The notes below the pieces were generated by a model. The model did no database searches. It was not told the origin of the DNA and saw only the letters and a list, made by a program, of their open reading frames with translations. From the NCBI GenBank assembly GCA_963674755.2, contig CAXXVS010000002.1, positions 1,664,001 through 1,728,000 on the forward strand: a stretch of 64,000 nucleotides of DNA, read 5' to 3'. The DNA comes from Desulfobacterales bacterium (GTDB lineage: Bacteria > Desulfobacterota > Desulfobacteria > Desulfobacterales > UBA5852). Position numbers and translations under genes: made by a program. Shown here piece by piece: positions 48,056-56,490 of the stretch (the first letter of the stretch is position 1; each line of letters begins with the position of its first letter).

Positions 48056-49081
48056 TCAGCGTTTGAAGGCCTGGTAGATTTCCCGGGCATTGATCCCCTC
48101 GGCTTCCAGTTGATCCAGATGCTTGTCGATGGCCTTCTGGGCGGCCGCGGCGAAAGCCTCCCGTTCCTGGGAGGAGAGTTCGGTGTAGCCGAGGCTGCTA
48201 TCGGTCTTGGCCTTCTCCAGGGCGTCGATGTCCTTGCGGCTCCAGATGATGGCAGCCTTGATGCTGAAGTCCCGCCCGGTCAGCCGGTCCAGGGCCGCCT
48301 GCTGGTCGGGCGTAAGACCGGCCCAGCTGCCCTTGTTCATGACCAGGCAGACGATGGAGGTGGGGCTGGGCAGGTTCGTGGTGACGAATTGGGCCGGTTC
48401 GGCCAGGTTCCAGGGCTTGTAAAGGGCGTTGGGCTGGATCAAGACCGCATCCACCACCCCGGTATTGAGCGCATTGTAGGACTCGGTAATGGGCATGGCT
48501 ACCGGAACGGCGCCCCAGGATTGGATCAGATCGGACTCCACCGGCGAGCTGATGCGGATCTTCATGCCCTGCAGATCCGGCACGGTCTGCACGGGCCGCT
48601 CCCGGATCATCAGCACCGTGGGCGACATGACCCAGATGCCCAATACCTTGACCGCGTCGTACTCTTGGGCCAGGTAGGTGTCGTAGATCTCCCACAGCCG
48701 GCGGGTGCCCTGTTCGGCGCTCTGCGTCACCCCCGGCTGGGTGGCGATCAGGGAGCGGGGAAAAAGGGTCGCCGAATAACTCTGGATGCAGAAAGTGATG
48801 TCCGCCACCCCGGTGACGGCCCGTTTGTACTGCTGTACCGGGCCTTTGCCCAGGGCGCCGGAAGGGTAGATCTTGATGGTCAGCGCCCCGTCGGTGGCCG
48901 CCGCCAGGTCCTGGGCCAGGGGCAGGAAGACCTCCTGATGCAGGGTGTGCACCGTGGGCATGAAATGGGCCAGTTTGAGTTCCTTGGCGCCCGCGCCCGC
49001 CGGCCGGCCGGCCAGCAGGACGACCGCGGTCGTCAGCATTACCATGAATTCAGCCAGACATCTGATTCGGTTCTTCATCAT
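48056..49081 (-). CDS. dctP: TRAP transporter solute-binding protein
   Basis: Signal peptide, IYPSGALG, DLQGMKIR, ESYNALNTGVVD. Confidence 0.92.
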   Translation of the reverse strand: MMKNRIRCLAEFMVMLTTAVVLLAGRPAGAGAKELKLAHFMPTVHTLHQEVFLPLAQDLAAATDGALTIKIYPSGALGKGPVQQYKRAVTGVADITFCIQSYSATLFPRSLIATQPGVTQSAEQGTRRLWEIYDTYLAQEYDAVKVLGIWVMSPTVLMIRERPVQTVPDLQGMKIRISSPVESDLIQSWGAVPVAMPITESYNALNTGVVDAVLIQPNALYKPWNLAEPAQFVTTNLPSPTSIVCLVMNKGSWAGLTPDQQAALDRLTGRDFSIKAAIIWSRKDIDALEKAKTDSSLGYTELSSQEREAFAAAAQKAIDKHLDQLEAEGINAREIYQAFKR

Positions 49082-50637
49082 AAGCCCTCTTCTTTTGTTG
49101 GAGTCGCAAAATCACAGTCTCCCTCGTCGATCATCGTTACCAGGTCGTGCAAATCATGGTCCAGACGACGGTCGAAGGCCAGAACCGGCGAGCGTCTGCG
49201 AACGGTTGCGAGCAGACGTCGCCCGCCTTCCGACAGAAGCGCCTCGTCCCGCAGGGCCGCGGCGTTGGACAGGGCGATCAGCTGGGTGGCCAAAACCTGT
49301 TGCAGCAGGCGAGTCGCTTCGGCGGCGTTGAGGGCCGCATTGAGCCCCATGCTCACCTTGTCCTGGTTGTTGACCTCGGTGGGGCGCGACAAAACCGTAT
49401 CCGGGGCTGCCCGCTGGACGGCCAGGGCCGTCAGGGCGCTGCAAGTCAGCTGCAAGGCCTTGAGGCCGCAGCCCTCGTAGGCCACCAGGGTTTCCGGCAG
49501 CCCCGCGTTGAGGCGGGAATCCACCAGCAGGGCATATTGCCGGTCGATCAGATCCGCCACCGAGGCGGCCGTGGTTTTGAGGAGGTCCATGGTGAGCGCC
49601 ACGTGCCCCCCGTAAAAATTGCCGGCGAAAATGGTGTCCTGCCCTTCGGGATCCACGAGGGGGTTGTCGTTGACGCTGTTGAGCTCCCGCTGGAGGACCT
49701 CACTCGTCCAGGTCAGGGCATCCCGGGCGGCGCCCAGCACCTGGGGCGCGCAACGCAGGGAATAGGGGTCCTGGATGATGCGCCCCGCCTCCTTGTGGCT
49801 GTCCATCAGGCGGCTGCCGTCCAGGGCCTGGCGGATGGCCGTCGCGGACGCGATCTGGCCCGGGTGGTGCTTGAGCCGGTGGGCCGTGGGATGGAAGGCC
49901 TGGGAGCGGCCGTAGAGCACCTCCGCCGCCAGGGCGCAGGCCCGTTCGCAGGCCTCCAGGGTGCGCCCGAACCGCTCGGCCGCCAGGATCCCGATGGCGG
50001 TCATCACGGCCGTGCCGTTCATGATGGCCAGGGACTCCTTGGGAACGAAGGTGTGCACCGGCAGACCGGCCTGCCCCAGGGCCTCGTCCGCCGGCATGAT
50101 CATGCCGTCATAATAGACTTCCCGCTCGCCGCACAGCACGGCGGCCAGGTAGGACAAAGGGGTCAGATCCCCCGAGGCACCCACCGATCCCAGGGACGGA
50201 ATGACCGGAATCAGATCGTGGTTGAGCAGGCCGCACAGGGCCTCCAGCAAAATAGGACGCACGGCGGAGTAACCTTTGGCCAGGCTCACCAGACGGGCGA
50301 ACACGATGGCGCGCCCCTCTTGGGCACTGAAAGGCGCCCCCACCCCGCAGCCGTGCTGACGGATGATCTGATAGGCGAATTCCTGGGAGTGCTCCGGCCC
50401 CACGGTACGGCCCGAGCTGTACCCCACGCTGGTGGAAACGCCGTAGATGCGCTCTCCGGCCGAAAGGGATCGCTCCAGAATCGCCCGGCCCCGGTTGAGC
50501 TTGGCCAGCCAGGCGGCATCGCTGGACAGGCGCACCGGGCGGGCGGACAGGGCGACGGCGGTCAACTGCGCAAGGGTGACCGTTTTATCGTCGATCGTCA
50601 GCTCTGATTGGGGTAAGCGATCGTTTTCTCCTGGCAT
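49078..50637 (-). CDS. MIO-dependent aromatic amino acid ammonia-lyase (HAL/PAL/TAL family)
   Basis: IYGVST, GSVGASGDL (ASG MIO triad), KESLAIMNGT, QDPYSLRC, NDNPL, GNFYG, NQDKVSMG. Confidence 0.93.
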   Translation of the reverse strand: MPGENDRLPQSELTIDDKTVTLAQLTAVALSARPVRLSSDAAWLAKLNRGRAILERSLSAGERIYGVSTSVGYSSGRTVGPEHSQEFAYQIIRQHGCGVGAPFSAQEGRAIVFARLVSLAKGYSAVRPILLEALCGLLNHDLIPVIPSLGSVGASGDLTPLSYLAAVLCGEREVYYDGMIMPADEALGQAGLPVHTFVPKESLAIMNGTAVMTAIGILAAERFGRTLEACERACALAAEVLYGRSQAFHPTAHRLKHHPGQIASATAIRQALDGSRLMDSHKEAGRIIQDPYSLRCAPQVLGAARDALTWTSEVLQRELNSVNDNPLVDPEGQDTIFAGNFYGGHVALTMDLLKTTAASVADLIDRQYALLVDSRLNAGLPETLVAYEGCGLKALQLTCSALTALAVQRAAPDTVLSRPTEVNNQDKVSMGLNAALNAAEATRLLQQVLATQLIALSNAAALRDEALLSEGGRRLLATVRRRSPVLAFDRRLDHDLHDLVTMIDEGDCDFATPTKEEGL

Positions 50638-50652
50638 GGCTCGATCCCCTTT

Positions 50653-50862
50653 TTAAGCCTCTGGGCGGATATTGATTCGTTTAGCCATCGATCGCAGGAT
50701 TCGACTCTGCTTCTGGTGCCAAACATAGGCGCTGCGGAACCGGAAAATAAAGTTGCCGCGTTTGCTGCGCATCGCTCTCTGGATCACCCGGCGCCCGGAG
50801 AACGGCTTCTCCCTTCCGCCGGGGATCTCAGCATGCAAATAATCTTTCAGGATAGAAGACAT
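50653..50862 (-). pseudogene. 69-aa fragment resembling the N-terminal helical domain of serine acetyltransferase-like proteins
   Basis: EIPGGREKPFS..RV..R..NFIFRFRSAYVWH..LRSMAKRIN pattern recalled from CysE-like proteins; no hexapeptide repeats follow. Confidence 0.4.
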
Positions 50863-50922
50863 CCAATCGTTGCCCTTTCGACACCCGCCCGGACACCGGG
50901 CAAACCCCGCCGGCCAAGTGCA

Positions 50923-52452
50923 TCACGTCGGCGGCGGCATCAAAGCCGCCTTCAGCTCATTTTTTAAAACCTTGCCCAATCGGTTGCGGGGAAGCGCCTG
51001 CGTCACGAAGCGGATCTTGCGGGGATGCTTGAAGGCCGCAATTTTATCATCCAGGAAGCGCAGCAATTCCTCCTCCTTGAGCGACCGGCTCTCCTCCAGG
51101 CGTATGAAGGCCGCCGCCACCTCCCCGCGTTTGGCATCCGGCAGGCCCACCACGGCGGCTTCCGCCACGTGGGGATGGGCTTCGATGGCGTGCTCCACCT
51201 CGGGGGCATAGATATTCTCTCCGGCACAAATAATCAATTCGCTTTTGCGGCCGGCCACATAGAGGAAGCCTTCCTCGTCGCGCCGGCCCAGGTCGCCGGT
51301 ATGGAACCAGCCGTCCTGCAAGACAGCCGCTGTGGCCTCGGGATTGTTCCAATAGCCCTGAAAAACGGTGGGGCTCTTGACGACAATCTCGCCGATCTCG
51401 CCGGGCGGCACCTCGCCGCCGTCGTCGCTGATCATTTTAAGCGTCGTATGAAAGACTTCCTTGCCGATGGACCCGGCCTTGCGGACGGCATCTTCCAGAT
51501 CCAGGGCCGTTATACGCAGGGTCTCGGTCATGCCGTAGCCCTGGGCGAACTTGACCCCCTTTTCCTCCTGATAGCGGTGGATCAGGGCCACCGGCATGGG
51601 GGCCCCCCCGGCAATGAAAAAGCGCACCGCCGAAAAGTCGGCCGACGGCCAGCGGGGGGCCTTGGTCATCATGTCATACATTACCGGCACGGCAAACATA
51701 TAGGTGATCGGCTCCTGCATGATGCAGGTGATGATGTCCGAAGGATTGTCGAAGCTTTTCAGCACCAACGAACCGCCCGCGTATATCACCGGGGTTGCCG
51801 ATGCCGCCAGGGCCCCGATATGGAAGAGGGGGGCCACGACCAGGGATTTGCAGGTCGCGTCCAATTGATAATTATGCAGGGAATGGATGGCGCCAAAAAG
51901 AAAATTGCCGTGGGTCAGGACAGCTCCCTTGGGGCGGCCGGTGGTGCCGGAGGTGTACATGATCATCAGGGGATCGGCGAGACCCGCCGCCTCACCCGTA
52001 GGAGGCTCCGCCGTCGGCTGGTCCCGGGTCAGCGCCTCCAGCGTCGGATCGCCGCTGCCGGCCGCGCCGTGGGCCAGGTAGTGCATCGGGATACCTGGAT
52101 CGGATTTAACCTTCTGGGCCTTGGCTTCCATATCCGCCGAATAGACCAACGCCCGCGGGCCCGCATCCCCGACGATATGGGCCAGTTCCTCCGCCGTCAG
52201 ATGGGTGTTGACCGGCACGATCAGGGCGCCGATCTTGGCACAGGCAAAAAAGACCTCCAGAAACGCGCTGGAGTTGGCCATCAGGACCACCACCCGTTCG
52301 CCTTTGGTCAGACCGAGGGCCAGCAGGCCATGGGCGGTTCGGTTGACCTGCGCGTTGAAATGCCGGTTGTTTAATTCCAGGTCCTCTTCCTTTAAAAAAA
52401 GGCGGTTTGGATAAAGCAGCGCACGTTTGGTGATCCACTCCCCGATATGCAT
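50923..52452 (-). CDS. Acyl/aryl-CoA ligase (AMP-forming)
   Basis: YTSGTTGRPKG, APLFHIG, QGYGMTE, HTGDLG, LPRNRLGKV. Confidence 0.93.
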   Translation of the reverse strand: MHIGEWITKRALLYPNRLFLKEEDLELNNRHFNAQVNRTAHGLLALGLTKGERVVVLMANSSAFLEVFFACAKIGALIVPVNTHLTAEELAHIVGDAGPRALVYSADMEAKAQKVKSDPGIPMHYLAHGAAGSGDPTLEALTRDQPTAEPPTGEAAGLADPLMIMYTSGTTGRPKGAVLTHGNFLFGAIHSLHNYQLDATCKSLVVAPLFHIGALAASATPVIYAGGSLVLKSFDNPSDIITCIMQEPITYMFAVPVMYDMMTKAPRWPSADFSAVRFFIAGGAPMPVALIHRYQEEKGVKFAQGYGMTETLRITALDLEDAVRKAGSIGKEVFHTTLKMISDDGGEVPPGEIGEIVVKSPTVFQGYWNNPEATAAVLQDGWFHTGDLGRRDEEGFLYVAGRKSELIICAGENIYAPEVEHAIEAHPHVAEAAVVGLPDAKRGEVAAAFIRLEESRSLKEEELLRFLDDKIAAFKHPRKIRFVTQALPRNRLGKVLKNELKAALMPPPT

Positions 52453-52476
52453 GGCAACCTCCTTGCGGCCGGGCGT

Positions 52477-53700
52477 TCACGCCTGTCGTTTCATCAAAAG
52501 GGATACAAAAGTTCCACCCGAAGAAAAGCCGTTCACGAGTCCACAGGTCAGCGGGTGTGCCTGCGGGCGTCCCCGGACAAAGTTCAGCGGCGCCAGGGGC
52601 GTGTCCAGCCCCAGGGTCGGCGGCAGCAAGCCGTCCCTGAGGGAGAGGGCCATGGCGGCCGACCGGACCCCCCCGGACGAAAAGCTTTCCCCGAGAGCGC
52701 CTTTGACGGATCCGATCCGGGGGCCGTCCGGCAATGGGCCGAAAAGACCGGACAGGGCCTCGGCTTCGAGACGATCCAGACGGACGGCGCCATTGGCCGA
52801 AGCGGAGACATAATCCACCTGGCCTGGGGCAAGGCCCGCCCCCTGGAGGGCCCGCTGCATGGCCCGCACGGGCCCCCGTGAATCGTCGGGCCAGTCGGTG
52901 GGCGGTGCCGGCGACGAACTGAGCCCCCACCCGCCGATTTCACAATACGGTGTGGCACCCCGCTGCCGGGCATGGGTCAGGGACTCGAGGCATACGACCC
53001 CGGCACCCTCTCCCACCACAAAACCGTTGCGCCGGCGATCGAAGGGGCGCGCCTCCTCGTCCTCACCTTTCCCCGGCGAGAGGGCCTTGAAATGTGTCAA
53101 AATCTCGAAAAAGAAGGCGGAAAAGATATCGGCCCCGCCGGCCAGCATGACATCGGCCCGCCCGTTCCTGATTTCCGCGGCCGCATAGGCCAGGGCGGTT
53201 TCGGCCGAGGCTTCCCGGTGGTTGACGGTGGCGTTGATGCCCCGGAAGCCGATCTCGATGGCGGCGTGGCCGGCGGGCGCATTCATCACCGTGTTGGGTA
53301 CCAGAATGGGGTTCACCAGACGGGGTCCCTCGGTGAAGAGGGTCTCCATGAACCGGGCGGCCACATCGGTGCTGCCGAATGCCACCCCCAGGATGATCCC
53401 CACCCGATCCCGGTTGGCGGCCGTTATGGTGAGGCCGGCATCCTCCAGGGCCATGCGGGCCGAGGCCGTCGCCATGAGGGAGAGGCGGTCCATGCGCCGC
53501 CGGTTTTTAATGGAAATATGGTCCTTGGGATTGAACCCCTGCGCTTCGGCGCCCAGCCGGGAGGGGAAGCGTGCCGTATCGAAGGCGCTGATCGGCCGGA
53601 TGCCGGAGCGGCCGTCGAAAAGATTCCGGGCAAAGGCCGCCTTGCCGGTGCCCAGAGGCGTTACGACGCCCAGCCCTGTGACCACCACCGGATCAGGCAT
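52477..53700 (-). CDS. Ketosynthase-like chain-length factor (catalytic residues absent)
   Basis: Thiolase fold; catalytic Cys position reads NHREASA, His positions read SASANG and GESFSS. Confidence 0.88.
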   Translation of the reverse strand: MPDPVVVTGLGVVTPLGTGKAAFARNLFDGRSGIRPISAFDTARFPSRLGAEAQGFNPKDHISIKNRRRMDRLSLMATASARMALEDAGLTITAANRDRVGIILGVAFGSTDVAARFMETLFTEGPRLVNPILVPNTVMNAPAGHAAIEIGFRGINATVNHREASAETALAYAAAEIRNGRADVMLAGGADIFSAFFFEILTHFKALSPGKGEDEEARPFDRRRNGFVVGEGAGVVCLESLTHARQRGATPYCEIGGWGLSSSPAPPTDWPDDSRGPVRAMQRALQGAGLAPGQVDYVSASANGAVRLDRLEAEALSGLFGPLPDGPRIGSVKGALGESFSSGGVRSAAMALSLRDGLLPPTLGLDTPLAPLNFVRGRPQAHPLTCGLVNGFSSGGTFVSLLMKRQA

Positions 53701-54940
53701 GGTCCCGGTTCTCCGTCCGGTAACGCCCGATGACGACCGAGGTGTTGTTGCCCCCGAAGGCAAAGGAGTTGGACAACACAATAGCGAGCTCTGTCCGGCG
53801 CGCGCCTTCGGTCACGTAGTCGAGGTCGCAATCCGGATCGGGGGTCGTGAGATGAATCGTGGGCGGTATGAAGCCCCCCGTGATGGCCAGCACCGCGGCG
53901 ACCGCCTCGATGGCCCCGGCCGCGCCCAGGGTGTGGCCGGTCATGGATTTGGTGGAGCTCACGGGAATCGCATAGGCCCGCTCGCCGAAAACCTGTTTGA
54001 TCCCGACGGTCTCCATCCGGTCGTTGGCCGGGGTGGCGGTACCGTGGGCGTTGATGTAATCGACCCGGGACGGCGCGACACCGGCATCTTCCAGGGCCGC
54101 CCGCATGCAACGCACAGCCCCGGAGGCTTCGTGATCAGGGGCGGTCATGTGGTTGGCATCGCAGCTGATGCCGTAGCCCAACAATTCGCCGTGGATCCGG
54201 GCCCCCCGGGCCAGGGCATGCGCTAAAGATTCCAGGACCATCATACCGGCCCCCTCCCCCAGGGACATGCCCGCCCGGTGGCGGTCAAAGGGTTTGCAGT
54301 AGTGCGGGTCCACCGCCTTCAGGGCGTTGAAGGCGGCATAGGTGGTGCGGGCCAGGGGTTCGGCGCCGCCGGCAATCATCACCCGGGCCTGCCCGTCCCT
54401 TATCAGGTCCCGGGCATAGCCCAGCGCCGTGGCCCCGGAGGAACAGGCCGTCATGAAAGTGGTTTTCGGCCCCCCCAGGTTGAGTTTGGAGACGATATGA
54501 TCGGCGGATGAGGCGCAGCAAAACGCCGAAAAAGCGGAGAACCGCACCGCCGCGGCCTTGCCCTGCAGATGCCGGCGGAAAGCGGCCTCGCCTTCCAGCA
54601 TGCCACCGGCCCCGCCGCCCACGGCAACCCCGGTCTCCTCCCGCAAATCCCCGGGGAGAGGAAGGAGACCGGCATCCTGCAAGGCTTCCAGGGCCGCCGC
54701 CATGGCCATGACATCCGAACGGGACATACGTTTGCCGTAAAGGGCTTCGGGAATGGTCTCGTGGGGTGAAAAATCCCGGATCTCGCCGCCCGTGCGGGTC
54801 GGAAACCCTGTGGTATCAAACACCGTGATCGGACCGATGCCGCAGCGCCCCGCCTGCAGAGCGGCTGCAAAAGCGGGCGCCGTGCGGGCGACGGCATTGA
54901 CGGTTCCCAGCCCTGTGATGACAACACGCCTGCTTTCCAT
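53693..54940 (-). CDS. Beta-ketoacyl-ACP synthase (FabF-like / type II PKS KS)
   Basis: TACSSG, AHGTAT, GHTLGAAG, SNSFAFGG. Confidence 0.95.
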   Translation of the reverse strand: MESRRVVITGLGTVNAVARTAPAFAAALQAGRCGIGPITVFDTTGFPTRTGGEIRDFSPHETIPEALYGKRMSRSDVMAMAAALEALQDAGLLPLPGDLREETGVAVGGGAGGMLEGEAAFRRHLQGKAAAVRFSAFSAFCCASSADHIVSKLNLGGPKTTFMTACSSGATALGYARDLIRDGQARVMIAGGAEPLARTTYAAFNALKAVDPHYCKPFDRHRAGMSLGEGAGMMVLESLAHALARGARIHGELLGYGISCDANHMTAPDHEASGAVRCMRAALEDAGVAPSRVDYINAHGTATPANDRMETVGIKQVFGERAYAIPVSSTKSMTGHTLGAAGAIEAVAAVLAITGGFIPPTIHLTTPDPDCDLDYVTEGARRTELAIVLSNSFAFGGNNTSVVIGRYRTENRDHA

Positions 54941-55286
54941 CGCTGCAGCGCCTTCCGCCTTCGATTTCGGTTGTGTTGTGGGTACGGCGGCATATGCCGG
55001 CCAGAGAAGCAACTGAAAGGGCCTCCGGGCCGCTTCCGGATGGCGGCGCCATCTCCCCGGCCGGGATGTCCGGTTGGAACTAACAAGTGGTCATGAAGGT
55101 GTCAAGCAGGGAAGCTGGTCATGCCTGTCTTTACAGGAATTGATAACGGTCGCGCGATAAGGCTGGTCGCCACGATGCCCATTGAAACAAGTTGACAACG
55201 CAAGGCCCCAAGACATAGGATTGACAGGTCATTGCGATGACCAGCCGACATTCCTTTCCGAACAACCTGTTTGACAGGATCTCCCC

Positions 55287-55709
55287 ATGCACGATCTGGA
55301 CATCGACACCCTCGTACCCCATCGCCGCCCTATGCGGTTGGTCGACGAAATCCTGGCTGTCGACGAGCATTCCGCCACCACCACCGCTACCGTGACGCCG
55401 GCTTGGCCGTCCTTCGCCGCCGGGGCGGTCAGCGCCCTGCTCACGATCGAGCTCGTCGCCCAGACGGCCGCCGTGATCGGCGGCTACAAAGCCCTCAGCG
55501 CGCCTTCCCCTACCAAAGTCCGCACGGGCATGCTGGTGGGCATCAAACAGGCCGATTTCCGGGTGGACGTCCTGCCGGCCGGAACCCGCCTCGTAATCCG
55601 GGCCACAACCCATCCCATTCTTGAAAATTTCAAAGAAATCAAAGGCGTTGTTGAAATTGACGACCGGATCGTCTGCGAGATGATCCTGCAGGGCGTCCAG
55701 TCCGCATGA
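55287..55709 (+). CDS. Hotdog-fold 3-hydroxyacyl-ACP dehydratase (ApeP-like)
   Basis: VPHRRPMRLVD, IELVAQT, GMLVGI. Confidence 0.82.
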   Translation: MHDLDIDTLVPHRRPMRLVDEILAVDEHSATTTATVTPAWPSFAAGAVSALLTIELVAQTAAVIGGYKALSAPSPTKVRTGMLVGIKQADFRVDVLPAGTRLVIRATTHPILENFKEIKGVVEIDDRIVCEMILQGVQSA

Positions 55710-55763
55710 ACCACTTTTGGTCCCCGGCCACAGCCCATCCTATGGCGGGCGGCGAATATAAGG

Positions 55764-55781
55764 GTGTGCATATTCTGACAC
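55764..55781. promoter_or_regulatory. Candidate EBP enhancer site
   Basis: GTGTGCATATTCTGACAC imperfect palindrome about 110-125 bp upstream of the sigma54 promoter, followed by an AT-rich IHF-like tract. Confidence 0.4.
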
Positions 55782-55888
55782 CCCGCGTCAACGATTCTGC
55801 CACCATCATCCCCTGCCCCAGCACCAGCGCTGACGCTAAAATTCTATATCTAATTGTTATCATTATAAATATTGATTTTTATAAAAAA

Positions 55889-55904
55889 TGGCACATAGTT
55901 TGCT
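55889..55904 (+). promoter_or_regulatory. Sigma54 (-24/-12) promoter
   Basis: TGGCAC-ATAGT-TTGCT, exact consensus. Confidence 0.9.
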
Positions 55905-55914
55905 AAAATCTCAT

Positions 55915-55970
55915 GCAGACCATCTTTTCTCCCTCCTCTTAGGGGCAAGGCATAGGGCCTTGCCCCTTTT
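55915..55970 (+). ncRNA. Candidate sigma54-dependent small RNA (~56 nt) with anti-SD seed
   Basis: Promoter, then CCATCTTTTCTCCCTCCTCT, then terminator AGGGGCAAGGC-ATAGG-GCCTTGCCCCTTTT; no credible ORF. Confidence 0.72.
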
Positions 55971-55976
55971 ACTTTG

Positions 55977-56096
55977 GACGGCGTCGTAAAAGGCTCAATA
56001 TCAGCGTTGTGCTTCATCGGCGTTGTGCTTCATTTCTCGTCAGGCCTCCTCATCGAAATTCGCTCGCCTTGATCTTGAGCCTTTTACGACGCCCTC
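55977..56096 (+). repeat. Family A hairpin element, copy 5
   Basis: GGCGTCGTAAAAGGCTCAA / TTGAGCCTTTTACGACGCC perfect IR; ATATCAGCGTTG and CGCCTTGATC motifs; internal duplication of GCGTTGTGCTTCAT. Confidence 0.88.
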
Positions 56097-56185
56097 TGCG
56101 ATACAATCTTCCCCCTCCCATTCCCCTGCCTTTCGGATCGCACCAGCCGGGCAGGCTTTCACGGGCATCCACTATCCTGATAAGC

Positions 56186-56219
56186 GAAAAGGCGGAGCGT
56201 TGAGCCCCGCCTTCTCTTC
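56186..56219 (-). terminator. Intrinsic terminator for the small Cys-rich genes
   Basis: Minus strand AAGGCGGGGC-TCAAC-GCTCCGCCTTTT. Confidence 0.7.
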
Positions 56220-56257
56220 AGTTCTTTAGCGCCCTCTGACCAAACAGCCTGAACGGC

Positions 56258-56434
56258 TCAGGAGGTCTTGACGCAGGTTTTCGCACGCCGGCCGCTTTGC
56301 CAGGCGGCGAAACGGTAGCAATGATGCTTCTGTTCTTCTGTTCTCGAAGGACTGTCACAATATTTGAGATGCTCCCTCAACCGATGGTGTTCTTTGGAGC
56401 AGCATGCTTTGGCTCTATTCTTGTCGCTGGCCAT
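56258..56434 (-). CDS. 58-aa basic Cys/His-rich small protein
   Basis: CAGGAGG RBS before ATG 56434; MASDKNRAKACC...TCVKTS; terminator follows. Confidence 0.75.
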   Translation of the reverse strand: MASDKNRAKACCSKEHHRLREHLKYCDSPSRTEEQKHHCYRFAAWQSGRRAKTCVKTS

Positions 56435-56490
56435 GATATCCTCCTGTACAATGCTGCCGTCCGATATGGCCGCCTCTTTAGAGACCGCCC

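Noticed and set aside
55903..55923. Minus-strand gene starting after AGAGGAGG
   Set aside because: Only six codons (MVCMRF) and it runs into the sigma54 promoter; better explained as the anti-SD seed of a + strand RNA
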